From Deltaproteobacteria bacterium (GTDB lineage Bacteria > Myxococcota_A > UBA9160 > UBA4427), in assembly GCA_029261835.1 (NCBI GenBank), contig JAJDAO010000026.1:260666-324665 (forward strand): DNA of 64,000 bases, given 5' to 3'. Both the position numbers and the translations under genes were made by a program. Below are positions 9,227 through 17,746 of the stretch, one piece after another; positions within the stretch are counted from its first letter, which is position 1; every line of letters begins with the position of its first letter. Below the pieces are notes generated by a model. It had not been told where the DNA came from. It saw only the letters and a program-made list of their open reading frames with translations, and did no database searches.

Positions 9227-10198
9227 ATGAGCGATCAGCGGACATTTGCATCGGTAGCGTGGAGCCGGAAGGGCAAGGTGACGCGCCGGGAGCGGTTCTT
9301 GGTGGAGATGGATGCCGTGATCCCGTGGCAGCGTCTGATTGCGCTGATCGAGCCCCAGTACCCCAAGGCCGGGCGGGGCCGCCGTCCTCATGATCTGGAG
9401 CTCATGCTGCGGATCTACTTCCTGCAGCAGTGGTTCAACCTGTCGGATCCGCAGGCGGAAGATGCGATCTACGACAGTGAGTCGATGCGGCGGTTCGCGA
9501 AGGTGGAGCTTTCGCAGGACAAGGTCCCCGACGAGACGACGATCCTGCGCTTCCGGCACCTTCTCGAGAAGCACCGGCTGACCGAGGCGATCTTCGAGGC
9601 GGTAAAGGATCTACTGACCGAGCACCATCTTCTGCTTCGCGCAGGGACGATCGTGGATGCGACAATCATCGCGGCCCCGAGTTCGACGAAGAACGCAACG
9701 AGGACGCGGGACCCGGAGATGAAGCAGACCCGCAAGGCCAGGAACTGGCACTTCGGGATGAAGCTGCACATCGGGACGGATCGTCGAGGTGTCGTCCACA
9801 GCCTGACGGCCACGCACGCAGCCGAGGCTGATCTCAAGCAGCTCCCGAACCTGCTCCACGGCGAGGAGAGCGTGCTCTACGGCGACCAGGCGTACTGGAA
9901 GGAGGCCGACCGGCAAGCCTTCGAGGAGCAGGGCGTGCGCTACCGGGTCAACCGGCGTGGCCCCCGTGGCAACCGCAGCTTGAACGAGCGGTGGCGCAAG
10001 ATCAACCGAGCCCGCTCACGTACTCGTGCTCGCTGCGAGCACCCGTTCCGCATCGTGAAGCAGCTCTGGGGGTTCGACAAGACGCGGTACCGCGGAATCG
10101 CCAAGAACCTCGCCCGAGCCCAGACGATGTTCGCTCTGGCCAACCTCTACGCGGTTCGACACAGGCTGCTCCCACCCCAGGTGAGGTGCGCCCTGTGA
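9227..10198 (+). CDS. IS5-family DDE transposase
   Basis: The 323-aa product carries typical IS5/IS4 DDE_Tnp_1 features: an N-terminal DUF4096-like region (IPWQRLIALIEPQYPK...GRRPHDLELMLRIYFLQQWFNLSD), DATIIAAPSS, YGDQAY and the C-terminal RxxxE...K region (RARCEHPFRIVKQLWGFDKTRYRGIAKN). Confidence 0.95.
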   Translation: MSDQRTFASVAWSRKGKVTRRERFLVEMDAVIPWQRLIALIEPQYPKAGRGRRPHDLELMLRIYFLQQWFNLSDPQAEDAIYDSESMRRFAKVELSQDKVPDETTILRFRHLLEKHRLTEAIFEAVKDLLTEHHLLLRAGTIVDATIIAAPSSTKNATRTRDPEMKQTRKARNWHFGMKLHIGTDRRGVVHSLTATHAAEADLKQLPNLLHGEESVLYGDQAYWKEADRQAFEEQGVRYRVNRRGPRGNRSLNERWRKINRARSRTRARCEHPFRIVKQLWGFDKTRYRGIAKNLARAQTMFALANLYAVRHRLLPPQVRCAL

Positions 10199-10296
10199 TC
10201 GATCGACTGCGACCAAGTCACTTTCAAACGCCCAGTCAGGGCGGGGCAAGCCCCTTCATCCCCGAACCCCTCTCTGCCAACGGCCGCTGTAAGGCC

Positions 10297-10313
10297 GCCT
10301 GTGCAGAGGTTCC
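10297..10313. repeat. IS right inverted repeat
   Basis: GCCTGTGCAGAGGTTCC is the reverse complement of the left IR with one mismatch. Confidence 0.85.
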
Positions 10314-10652
10314 CTAGTCGTCACTGCCGTTCGTCTTCTTGCTGCTCTTTCCTTTGCTCTTGTCCTCGCCGCCACCCTTACCGCTCTTTCCGCTGGCCTT
10401 GCTCTTACTGCCGCTCGCGCCCCCAGCAGCAGAATGATCTCCGGCCGAGTGGCTTCCGCCGCCGCTACTCCTGCTTCCGTCGGCGTTGACCACCGTGTGG
10501 CTCGAGTTCTGCAGGTCATCGGAGAGAACAACCGGCTCCCTGGCTGTGACGGTTCGATCCGCCGAGGCCAGCTTCGTGCCGAAGAACATCGCTGTGAGGA
10601 TCACGAAGCTCCATACGAGCAATCTGATATCCCGATTCGCTGAAGCACTCAT
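10314..10652 (-). CDS. small membrane-anchored/secreted protein with a Gly/Ser/Lys-rich low-complexity tail
   Basis: The ATG at 10650-10652 is preceded by AGGAG with an 8-nt spacer. A hydrophobic N-terminal segment (LLVWSFVILTAMFFGTKLASA) is followed by a GS/K-rich tail. Its TAG stop (complement of 10314-10316) lies inside the CTAG target-site duplication of the IS. Confidence 0.5.
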   Translation of the reverse strand: MSASANRDIRLLVWSFVILTAMFFGTKLASADRTVTAREPVVLSDDLQNSSHTVVNADGSRSSGGGSHSAGDHSAAGGASGSKSKASGKSGKGGGEDKSKGKSSKKTNGSDD

Positions 10653-10799
10653 TGAGCCATCTCCTGGGCAGGGGATACGCCGCCGCGGAATACCAAGGAT
10701 CCCGCGAATCAGCCACTTCGGACTCAACGGTCGTATCGCCTCTCGACATGAGAGGCGGACGGCGATGCTCCAAAGAACACCGGATCATGTCACAGAGCC

Positions 10800-10917
10800 T
10801 TTGCCGGGCGCCGCATTCCAGCTCGCCCTCACACGCGAACAGCACTGCGGACGCCCTGCCGATACCCGAGCCACCGCCGGTCACCAGCGCGACTTTGTCC
10901 TCTACCAATGCCGCCAT
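10800..10917 (-). pseudogene. remnant of an SDR-family oxidoreductase (N-terminal Rossmann motif only)
   Basis: The minus-strand translation MAALVEDKVALVTGGGSGIGRASAVLFACEG matches the SDR TGxxxGIG start. After about 32 residues the reading frame degenerates into non-SDR sequence. No continuation is recognisable in other frames. The lower boundary is approximate. Confidence 0.5.
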
Positions 10918-11553
10918 CGCTCCTCCCCAGATCTCTCCGCGTCCGATGTCGCAGCCCGCTCTCGCGATACTCGCTGCGCCGGTTTCATCGATCGCACCAT
11001 CCGGCGGAGAACGCCGAGACGACGGATGCGGGGCCACTGGGGGTGGGATTGGGCGGAGGCCGACAGAAGCTCGGCGTAGCGCCGTCCCTCTCGGCGACCT
11101 TCGGGCTCTAGCAGCGGGACGGTGAAGCCGCTCTGAACCGCACGTCTTCTCTGGAACGCGGTGTGGTGGGCTCCCCCGGCTGGCTCGAGGCGAACGTGTG
11201 GCTTCCCTGGTACCACCGCGGAGTCGTCGGCTGAGAGAGGCGACTTCGCCGGTTCGCCGGCCCATCGGGGGAGCCCACACCCTGGATACGTGGCAGGCCC
11301 GCTCCTCGCAAAAGCAAAGGGCACCGAAAGTGTTTGGTGGAGGACGTATCGAGCAGCAAGACACTGTGTTTCACCATCGGGTCGCCCTCCCTCCTATCAG
11401 CTCCGATCATGGCCCCGCCCTCGCCGCCCAACTGTGAACCACTTCACACTCACGCAAGATTGTTTGATCGATAGCGAGATCGTCAGACCAGGCCAGACGC
11501 TGTGTCGCGAGGATTGCGCTTGTATCCGCAGTCAAAGAGCTACGATCGGGTGG

Positions 11554-12249
11554 ATGGATCGTCGTAAGCTACTGGCCAGCATCTCGATCTTCTCCTCGCT
11601 CGACGAGTCCGAGCTCGACCTGCTACTCCAGGTGACGGCGACCAAGCGCATGGCGGCCAAGGAGGTGCTCTTTCGCAAAGGGGATCCTGGCCGGCAGCTC
11701 TACGGTGTCCTCGCCGGCCGGCTCAAGGTGATGGCGACCGGAAAGGACGGCAAAGATCTCGTCTTTGGTTTGATGGGGCCGGGTGAAGTGATTGGTGAGA
11801 TCGCGGTCGTGGACGAGAACCCCCGCTCTGGAACAGTCGTCGCACTGGAGCCAGCGGAGCTCCTGACGCTCCATCGCCGGGAACTGCTGCCCTTCCTCGA
11901 GCGACACCCAAAGGTGTGCATTCACCTGGCGGGCGTGCTGGCCGGCCGCCTGCGGCGTCTGAGCGAACACACAGAGGACGCGATCTTCCTGCCGCTGGCG
12001 GCGCGCATGGCCAAGACGCTGCTCGTCTTGGCGGCGAGCTATGGTGACGATCTGCAACCCGGAGCAACGGTCGATATTCGGCTCGCGCAGCAAGACCTGG
12101 CAGACATGGTCGGGACAACGCGAGAAAGTGTCAACAAGCAGCTACGAGTATGGGAGACGGCCGGCCGTGTAGAGCTCAAGCGAACACGGATCAAGCTGCT
12201 CGATATCGAGGCTCTGGAGGCGATCTCGGAGCTGACTTCACTCTCTTGA
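11554..12249 (+). CDS. Crp/Fnr-family transcriptional regulator
   Basis: A cNMP-binding domain (LFRKGDPGRQLYGVLAGRLKV...GPGEVIGEIAVVDENPRSGTVVALE) is followed by a C-terminal HTH (QQDLADMVGTTRESVNKQLRVWE). The start is set at MDRRKLLASI; the upstream 131 codons of the track ORF look non-coding. Confidence 0.9.
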   Translation: MDRRKLLASISIFSSLDESELDLLLQVTATKRMAAKEVLFRKGDPGRQLYGVLAGRLKVMATGKDGKDLVFGLMGPGEVIGEIAVVDENPRSGTVVALEPAELLTLHRRELLPFLERHPKVCIHLAGVLAGRLRRLSEHTEDAIFLPLAARMAKTLLVLAASYGDDLQPGATVDIRLAQQDLADMVGTTRESVNKQLRVWETAGRVELKRTRIKLLDIEALEAISELTSLS

Positions 12250-12356
12250 ACGGGCCTTGAACGGGCCCGACAACAGGCTTTGTGACCTCGCCGAGGGACA
12301 CCGAAAGGTCTGCCGCTTGAAGGCCTTTGGAGCCAGCACCCATATGATCGAGTAGC

Positions 12357-13484
12357 ATGCGCGCCATGGCGAAGAGACAGGAACAGGAAGCGGCGCGTGA
12401 GGAAGTGACTGAGGTTGCACCTGGCATTCTGCGGCTGGAGCTGCCGATCCACATGCCAGGGCTCGGGCACGTCAACTGCTACGCATTGCTCGACGGCGAG
12501 GGAGCAGCTCTGATGGATCCCGGTCTGCCGACGCCGGGGTCGCTCAGAGCATTGAAGAGCCGGCTCGCACGGGCAGACCTACGGCTCAAGAACATCCACA
12601 CGGTGCTCGTCAGCCACTCGCACCCGGACCACTTCGGCGGTGCAGTGCACGTGGTGAAGGAGTCGGGTGCAAAGCTCATGGCCCACACGAGCTTCAGCCT
12701 GGGCTTTGCGCGCCCCGCTGCACCGGAGGTCTCGGTGGGTGACCTGCACGCGCACGAGAGCAGCCTCAGAGACGATCCGGCGCCGATCGAGAGCCACGGC
12801 GGATGCGAGCCAGAAGGGTCTCCGCGTGCCCCCTTCACGCCAACGCTCTCTCTGCCCGACAGGGGCACTCCGTGGGGCGGCGAGCATCCGCGACCTTCGT
12901 TCAAGATGCGGATACGCTGGCGGTTGATGCAACTGATGCAGCGGAGCTGGATCTTCCCCGCCGTCTCGCACCCGCTGGCGGAGGGGGACGTGCTGCGGCT
13001 CGCCGGGCGCGAGTGGTTCGTGGTCCACACGCCCGGCCACACAGCGGATCACTTCTGCTTGCACGACCCGGTCGAGGAGGTCTTCCTGGCGGGCGATCAC
13101 GTGCTTCCGACCATCACGCCGCATATTTCGGGGCTCTCGAGCAGCCGGGATCCACTGGCGGCGTTCTTCGAGTCGCTCGATCGTGCGGCGGCGATCCCGC
13201 ACGTGCGTAACGTGCTGCCCGCCCATGGGCATCCGTTCGATGACTTGGCGGCCCGCTGTGAGGCGATCAAGCGGCATCACGATGAGCGCCTGGCGAAGGT
13301 TCGCGCGATCGCGCGGGAGATCGGGCCCGCCACGGTCGAGGCGTTCAGTCGACGGCTCTTCAAGCGACGCAGTTGGGGCTCGATGGCGGAGAGCGAAACC
13401 TACGCCCACCTCGAGCACATCCGGAAGACCGGTCAAGCAGAGTGTCACCAGAACGCGCAGGGCAAGCTCACCTACGTGCTCTGA
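12357..13484 (+). CDS. MBL-fold metallo-hydrolase
   Basis: The HxHxDH motif (VSHSHPDHFGG) is present, along with later His/Asp ligands (TPGHTADH, GDHVLP, AHGHP). Confidence 0.85.
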   Translation: MRAMAKRQEQEAAREEVTEVAPGILRLELPIHMPGLGHVNCYALLDGEGAALMDPGLPTPGSLRALKSRLARADLRLKNIHTVLVSHSHPDHFGGAVHVVKESGAKLMAHTSFSLGFARPAAPEVSVGDLHAHESSLRDDPAPIESHGGCEPEGSPRAPFTPTLSLPDRGTPWGGEHPRPSFKMRIRWRLMQLMQRSWIFPAVSHPLAEGDVLRLAGREWFVVHTPGHTADHFCLHDPVEEVFLAGDHVLPTITPHISGLSSSRDPLAAFFESLDRAAAIPHVRNVLPAHGHPFDDLAARCEAIKRHHDERLAKVRAIAREIGPATVEAFSRRLFKRRSWGSMAESETYAHLEHIRKTGQAECHQNAQGKLTYVL

Positions 13485-13493
13485 TATAGGACG

Positions 13494-14243
13494 CTAGGAG
13501 AGTGTCCCGCCGTCCACGCGGATCTGTTCGCCATTGACGTGCGCGGCATCTTCCGACGCCAAGAAGGCCACGACGGCGGCGGCCACCTCGGGCCCTCTGA
13601 ATTCGTCGAGTGGCAAGATCCGCTCGAGGAGCTTTGGGTCCGCACCCTCGGGCAGCTGGAACACCTGGTGCATGGGTGTCGACACCGAGCCCGGACACAC
13701 GGCGTTGGCGCGCAGGCCCTGCTTGCCGTATTCGATGGCCAGCGTGCGGGTGAGGCCGAGCACGCCGCCCTTCGACGCCGAGTAGGCTGCTGTCCAGGGG
13801 TGCCCAGCCAGAGCTGCGGTCGACGACATGTTGACGATGTTTCCGCCGCCTTCGAGCAGGTGAGGCAGCGCGGCCTGGCACATCAGGAAGGTGCCGGTCA
13901 GATTCACCGCCAAGATCTGGTTCCACTTTTCGAGCGGAAGCTCGTGTGTGTTGTCGAAGTGGAGGATGCCCGCGATGTTGCAGAGCGAGTCGAGCCTGCC
14001 GAACTCCGAGACCGTGCTGGCAATCGCGTGTCGTACAGCCTTGGGGTCGCTGACGTCGCACACCAGCGCGAGCGCCTCGGCCCCGAGTGCACGCGCCTGC
14101 TTGGCGGCGAGCTCCACCGCCTCGTTCTGCACGTCGACGCAGGCGAGCGTCGCTCCCTCTGAAGCCATTCGCTCGACGCTGGCCCGGCCGATGCCAGATG
14201 CGGCACCGGTGATCAGCACAACCTTGTCTTCGAAGCGAAGCAT
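13494..14243 (-). CDS. SDR-family oxidoreductase
   Basis: It has TGAASGIGRA, NIAG and the catalytic YSASK motif, at the classical SDR length of 249 aa. Confidence 0.9.
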   Translation of the reverse strand: MLRFEDKVVLITGAASGIGRASVERMASEGATLACVDVQNEAVELAAKQARALGAEALALVCDVSDPKAVRHAIASTVSEFGRLDSLCNIAGILHFDNTHELPLEKWNQILAVNLTGTFLMCQAALPHLLEGGGNIVNMSSTAALAGHPWTAAYSASKGGVLGLTRTLAIEYGKQGLRANAVCPGSVSTPMHQVFQLPEGADPKLLERILPLDEFRGPEVAAAVVAFLASEDAAHVNGEQIRVDGGTLS

Positions 14244-14383
14244 GGCGGCTCTCCTCGTCTCCCCAGATTGAGTCTGTCTGAGCCGCTACTCCCCCAGAAC
14301 GACCGGCGCATACTAGAACACGTTTCAGTCTCGCGCCCGAGAGTTCGCTGCCCTCTGGGGCGCGTTCTTCGTCGAGAAGCCGG

Positions 14384-15157
14384 CTACTGACCGCCACCGT
14401 CGAGGTAGATGCGCTCGCCCGTGATGTAGGAAGCCCGCTCGGAGACCAGATAGTGGACCGTGTTGGCCACGTCCTCTGGCTGGCAGACCCGCCCGAACGG
14501 CATGGCGGGATCGAGCGCGCGCATGTCGTCGACGTTGGCGGTCGCCTTCATGAGGCGGCGCCCCATCTCGGTTTCGACCAGGCCGGGTGCCACCACGTTG
14601 ACGCGAATGTTGTGCTCGCGCTCTTCCTTGGCCAGTCCGAAGGCCAGAGCCTCCATGGCGGCCTTGCCCATGTTGTACGGAGCGCCTCGTGCACCCCAGT
14701 AGCGGGTGGCGGCGCTCGAGATCATGATGATGTCGCCACGCTCGCGCTCCCTCATGTCGGGAATCACCAGCTTGCAGAGCTCGTGGGGGCCCAGCGCATG
14801 GATGCGGATGACCCGTTCGAGCTCGCTCGCCTCGGTACCCGCGACGCTCTGGCCCCGGCTCGCGATGCCCGCATTGTTGACCAGCAGGTCGATCGTGCCG
14901 AGCTCGCTCGTCACTGCCTCGACCATGCGGGCCAGTGAAGCGTTGTCGTCCAGCGAGGCCCGACAGGCCATCGATTGTCTTCCGAGCGTGCGAATCGCTG
15001 ACACGGTCTCCGCGGCCGCCACTTCGTCTCGGTTGTAGTTGATCGCGACGTTCGCACCGTCCCCGGCCAGGGCCACGGCGATGGCGCGCCCGATGCCGCG
15101 GCCTCCACCGGTGACCAGTGCGACGCGCCCCTCGAGTGACATGCTCTTCTCCTCCAA
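14384..15157 (-). CDS. SDR-family oxidoreductase (FabG-like)
   Basis: It has TGGGRGIGRA, NNAG and YNMGK catalytic motifs. An alternative start lies at MSLEGRV (15142). Confidence 0.9.
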   Translation of the reverse strand: MEEKSMSLEGRVALVTGGGRGIGRAIAVALAGDGANVAINYNRDEVAAAETVSAIRTLGRQSMACRASLDDNASLARMVEAVTSELGTIDLLVNNAGIASRGQSVAGTEASELERVIRIHALGPHELCKLVIPDMRERERGDIIMISSAATRYWGARGAPYNMGKAAMEALAFGLAKEEREHNIRVNVVAPGLVETEMGRRLMKATANVDDMRALDPAMPFGRVCQPEDVANTVHYLVSERASYITGERIYLDGGGQ

Positions 15158-15183
15158 GTCGACAAAAATCCGGCCGAGAGCCC

Positions 15184-15347
15184 AGAAGCTATCTCATAAA
15201 CCCCTCCCGTCGCCTGGCACGCGCCTTCGGCCCGAGTTCTTTGTTGCGAAACCTTGCCGTAGCTACGGCTATGCCTGCGGTTTCGCGTCTCGACCTCGGG
15301 CCGAATTCACGCACCCGGCTCGGTCCGGGGTTTATGAGATAGCTTCT
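15184..15347. repeat. 164-bp imperfect palindromic, MITE-like element
   Basis: It has perfect 21-bp terminal inverted repeats, AGAAGCTATCTCATAAACCCC (15184-15204) and GGGGTTTATGAGATAGCTTCT (15327-15347). Internal complementary blocks are present (TTCGGCCCGAG, GCGAAACC). A central 12-bp palindrome CCGTAGCTACGG lies at 15257-15268. Confidence 0.6.
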
Positions 15348-15388
15348 ACAAGATCGCGCTCCGCATCGGCAGCCAGTATGCTGGCGCC

Positions 15389-15745
15389 ATGCCGCACCGC
15401 GACCTCTCGCATCTCGAGTCTCGCTGGAACTGCAAGCTCACCACGCTGGGGCGCAAGAGTGGCCAGCCGAGACGCGTGACCATCTGGTTCGCGCTGGGGT
15501 CGGGGGTCGTCTACCTGACCGGCAACGAGAGCACTCCCCAGTGGTGCCGGAACATTCGAGCCAATGGGCAGGTCGAGATCGAGATCGCGGGAGAGAAGCT
15601 CGTGGGACGTGCGCGTGTGATCGACGATCCCGCCGAGGCCGCTGCCATTCGCCAGCGCTTCGTGCAGCGCTATCTGCTGGCTCGGCTCTCCCGACTCTTC
15701 GGCGGCTACACGGACTCTGTTGCCGTGGTGGTCGAGATCGCCTGA
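15389..15745 (+). CDS. deazaflavin-dependent nitroreductase-family / PNPOx-like small protein (DUF385-like)
   Basis: The 118-aa product contains LTTLGRKSGQPRRVTIWFA...VYLTG...PQWCRNIRANGQVEIEI...DDP, the pattern I associate with the DUF385 split-barrel family. Confidence 0.65.
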   Translation: MPHRDLSHLESRWNCKLTTLGRKSGQPRRVTIWFALGSGVVYLTGNESTPQWCRNIRANGQVEIEIAGEKLVGRARVIDDPAEAAAIRQRFVQRYLLARLSRLFGGYTDSVAVVVEIA

Positions 15746-15758
15746 CGGAGTCGCGCGG

Positions 15759-16565
15759 CTACTTCTTCTCGTTACAGCGCGAGTTCGGCGTCACGCGCGG
15801 TCCTTCGTTCGCGAGCTCACGCACACTGCCGGTCACGCGCCGCGCACGGCCAATCACGTCTGCGCTGAAGGTGTGACAGGCTGCGCCGACCATCTGCGCG
15901 AAACTCTCGGCCCTTCGCATACGGTCGAAGTCGTACTGACGCCCCAGGCCGATGAAGACGGCGCGCCTTAGCACGAGGGCGGCTTCGGCCAGGTCGGCGT
16001 CGAGCTCCGTCGCGACCCAACGATTGAAGGCCGCGTCCGAGAGCTCGCGGCCGGCGAATGTCTTCGGCTCGGACTCCAAGATTCGAAGCCCTTGCAAGAG
16101 CCAGCCGAGCATCGGCTCGCCATCGCGCGCTAGCCTGGCGTGAGAACGGCCTTCGAAGCGATCGGGTAGCGAAATATCGTACTTGCGCTCGGCCGCTCCA
16201 CCTTCGGCCAGACGCGCTGCGTGACAGACGGCGAGGCTGGCGATATCGAACAGATGTGTGCACTGGCGACGTGGATCCGTGTAGCGCGCCACCGCGGTCA
16301 GAGAACGAGTGAGAGGCAGCCCGCGAAGCCGCGCGATGAGGGCGACGGACTCCGGGCAGGTGGTCCAGGGGACGCGAATCTCTTCGCCTTGCACGTCGCT
16401 GACGCGTGCATCCTCGTACCACAGAGTGACTGCGAAGTGGTGGAAGTCGTCTTCGAGCTCACCTCGAACTGAATCGCCTTGTGCGCGCAGCTGGATGCGG
16501 CGTATGTACGCGCCCCGGCCGTAGTCGCTGCGCAGGGGGATGCGGCTCTTGCTGGGCTGCTCCAT
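15759..16565 (-). CDS. DUF2889-like protein, unknown function
   Basis: It contains DDFHHFAVTL...VPWTTCPES...RRQCTHLFDIASLA. As I recall the family, this resembles the DUF2889 HH(M/F) and GCTHL motifs. Confidence 0.55.
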   Translation of the reverse strand: MEQPSKSRIPLRSDYGRGAYIRRIQLRAQGDSVRGELEDDFHHFAVTLWYEDARVSDVQGEEIRVPWTTCPESVALIARLRGLPLTRSLTAVARYTDPRRQCTHLFDIASLAVCHAARLAEGGAAERKYDISLPDRFEGRSHARLARDGEPMLGWLLQGLRILESEPKTFAGRELSDAAFNRWVATELDADLAEAALVLRRAVFIGLGRQYDFDRMRRAESFAQMVGAACHTFSADVIGRARRVTGSVRELANEGPRVTPNSRCNEKK

Positions 16566-16617
16566 GGCGGGCAGAGGATATCGCGCCGTTCGGCCGGCAG
16601 CTCGCCGCCCTGCGCAC

Positions 16618-17541
16618 TCAGAGCTCTGGGTGAGTGACGATGTCGCTCTCGGAGCGGAGCTCGTCCAGGTAGACCCGCAGTGCGCGGTCGCCGCTGCGTC
16701 GCCGCCACTCGCTCCGTACCTGGCTTTCGATTTCTTCCAACGCCGGCGTGCGCGCCGGCTCGCGTTCCACTAGCTCGAGCACGTGGAGGCCGACTCCCGA
16801 ACGGACCGGCTCGCTCAGCCCGCCCACTGCGAGATTCATGACGGCGCGCAATACGGACGGGCCGACGTACTCGCGCAGCTTGAGCGCGGGCAGCAGAGCG
16901 TCGGGCAGTGGCGAAACCTCGCTGTCGCCGTACTCGCTCGCAACATCGGCGAAATCGCGACCGCGTCGCAGCTGCTCGAGTGCCGCTTCGGCGCGGGCGT
17001 ACGCTTCTGGCTCACGCTCGCTCTGCGGGATGCGGAAGAGGATCTGACGCACGCGGAGTCGTCCGGGCTGCGTGAAGAAATCGCGTTGCTCGCGGTGGAA
17101 CTCTCGCAGCTCCGACAGCTTGGGCTCGCGGTCTTCGGCGCCGCTCACGATCGAAGCGATCAGGCTCGAAGTCAGATCAGCGCGAACCCGCCGGTCGCTC
17201 TGCGCGAGTCCGAGTTGAAGCGCCCTTTGCACGAGCAGCTCCTCCTCGATCATGCGGTCGAGTACGAGCTGGCGCTTGGCTGCGTCGACGGTGTTGCGCG
17301 AGTCACTCTCGAGAGCGGTCAGCAGCCGCTCGTAGTCGCCGCGCTGAATCAGCACTCCGTTGACCGCCGCCGCCACCCCGTCGGGCAGTGTCGCCCGCTC
17401 GCCGCCTGCCGGCGCGAGAAGCCCGACCGCGGCCATGAGCAGGCCCAGACCCGCGCCGCCGGCCAACAGCGCCAGGGCACGCCGGGGGTTGGCTCGTTCC
17501 GCTCCTGCCGTCTCGCCCGACGCGTGCTCGCGACCGCCCAT
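16618..17541 (-). CDS. parvulin-type peptidyl-prolyl isomerase (SurA/PpiD-like), membrane-anchored
   Basis: The C-terminal rotamase domain reads RVRQILFRIP...DFADVASEYGDSEV...GLSEPVRSGVGLHVLELVE. An N-terminal TM (ALALLAGGAGLGLLMAAVGLLAP) is present. The start is uncertain (17541 or 17628). Confidence 0.75.
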   Translation of the reverse strand: MGGREHASGETAGAERANPRRALALLAGGAGLGLLMAAVGLLAPAGGERATLPDGVAAAVNGVLIQRGDYERLLTALESDSRNTVDAAKRQLVLDRMIEEELLVQRALQLGLAQSDRRVRADLTSSLIASIVSGAEDREPKLSELREFHREQRDFFTQPGRLRVRQILFRIPQSEREPEAYARAEAALEQLRRGRDFADVASEYGDSEVSPLPDALLPALKLREYVGPSVLRAVMNLAVGGLSEPVRSGVGLHVLELVEREPARTPALEEIESQVRSEWRRRSGDRALRVYLDELRSESDIVTHPEL

Positions 17542-17746
17542 CCGTGCCCCCGCCGGTGGTGCCGGCTTGCTCGTTTTTCCCGGTCTGCCAGTGGCTCGTG
17601 CCCCGAGCGGCACCGCAAGATACAGCATGCAGCAGGTGGCCGACTGGCGTTACCGGAATGACGGGTCGCAAGGTCGACGCAGCGGGGGCTTCGTGCATAA
17701 TCCGGACTGGACTGACGGGCACGTGATTGGCGAGGAGAGTGAGTTC

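Larger units (their letters stand above)
9171..10313 (+). mobile_element. IS5-family insertion sequence, apparently intact (1143 bp)
   Basis: It has terminal inverted repeats GGAACCTCTGCACA(A/G)GC (14 perfect matches, 16/17 overall). A direct CTAG duplication flanks it at 9167-9170 and 10314-10317. It contains a single DDE transposase ORF. Confidence 0.9.

Noticed and set aside
11161-11553. N-terminal 131 codons of the 362-aa track ORF containing the Crp/Fnr regulator
   Set aside because: Crp/Fnr proteins are about 230 aa. The upstream part is Arg/Pro/Ser-rich and lies in the decayed segment. ATG 11554 gives a canonical start to the cNMP domain.
15215-15230. TGGCACGCGCCTTCGG inside the MITE-like element as a possible sigma-54 promoter
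   Set aside because: The -12 element reads TTCG instead of TTGC, so the invariant GC is out of register.
17360-17746. N-terminal extension of the acyl-CoA ligase ORF
   Set aside because: It overlaps the PPIase gene on the opposite strand and is Ala/Pro/Arg-rich. MSLNLG at 17747 gives a normal-length AMP-binding enzyme.
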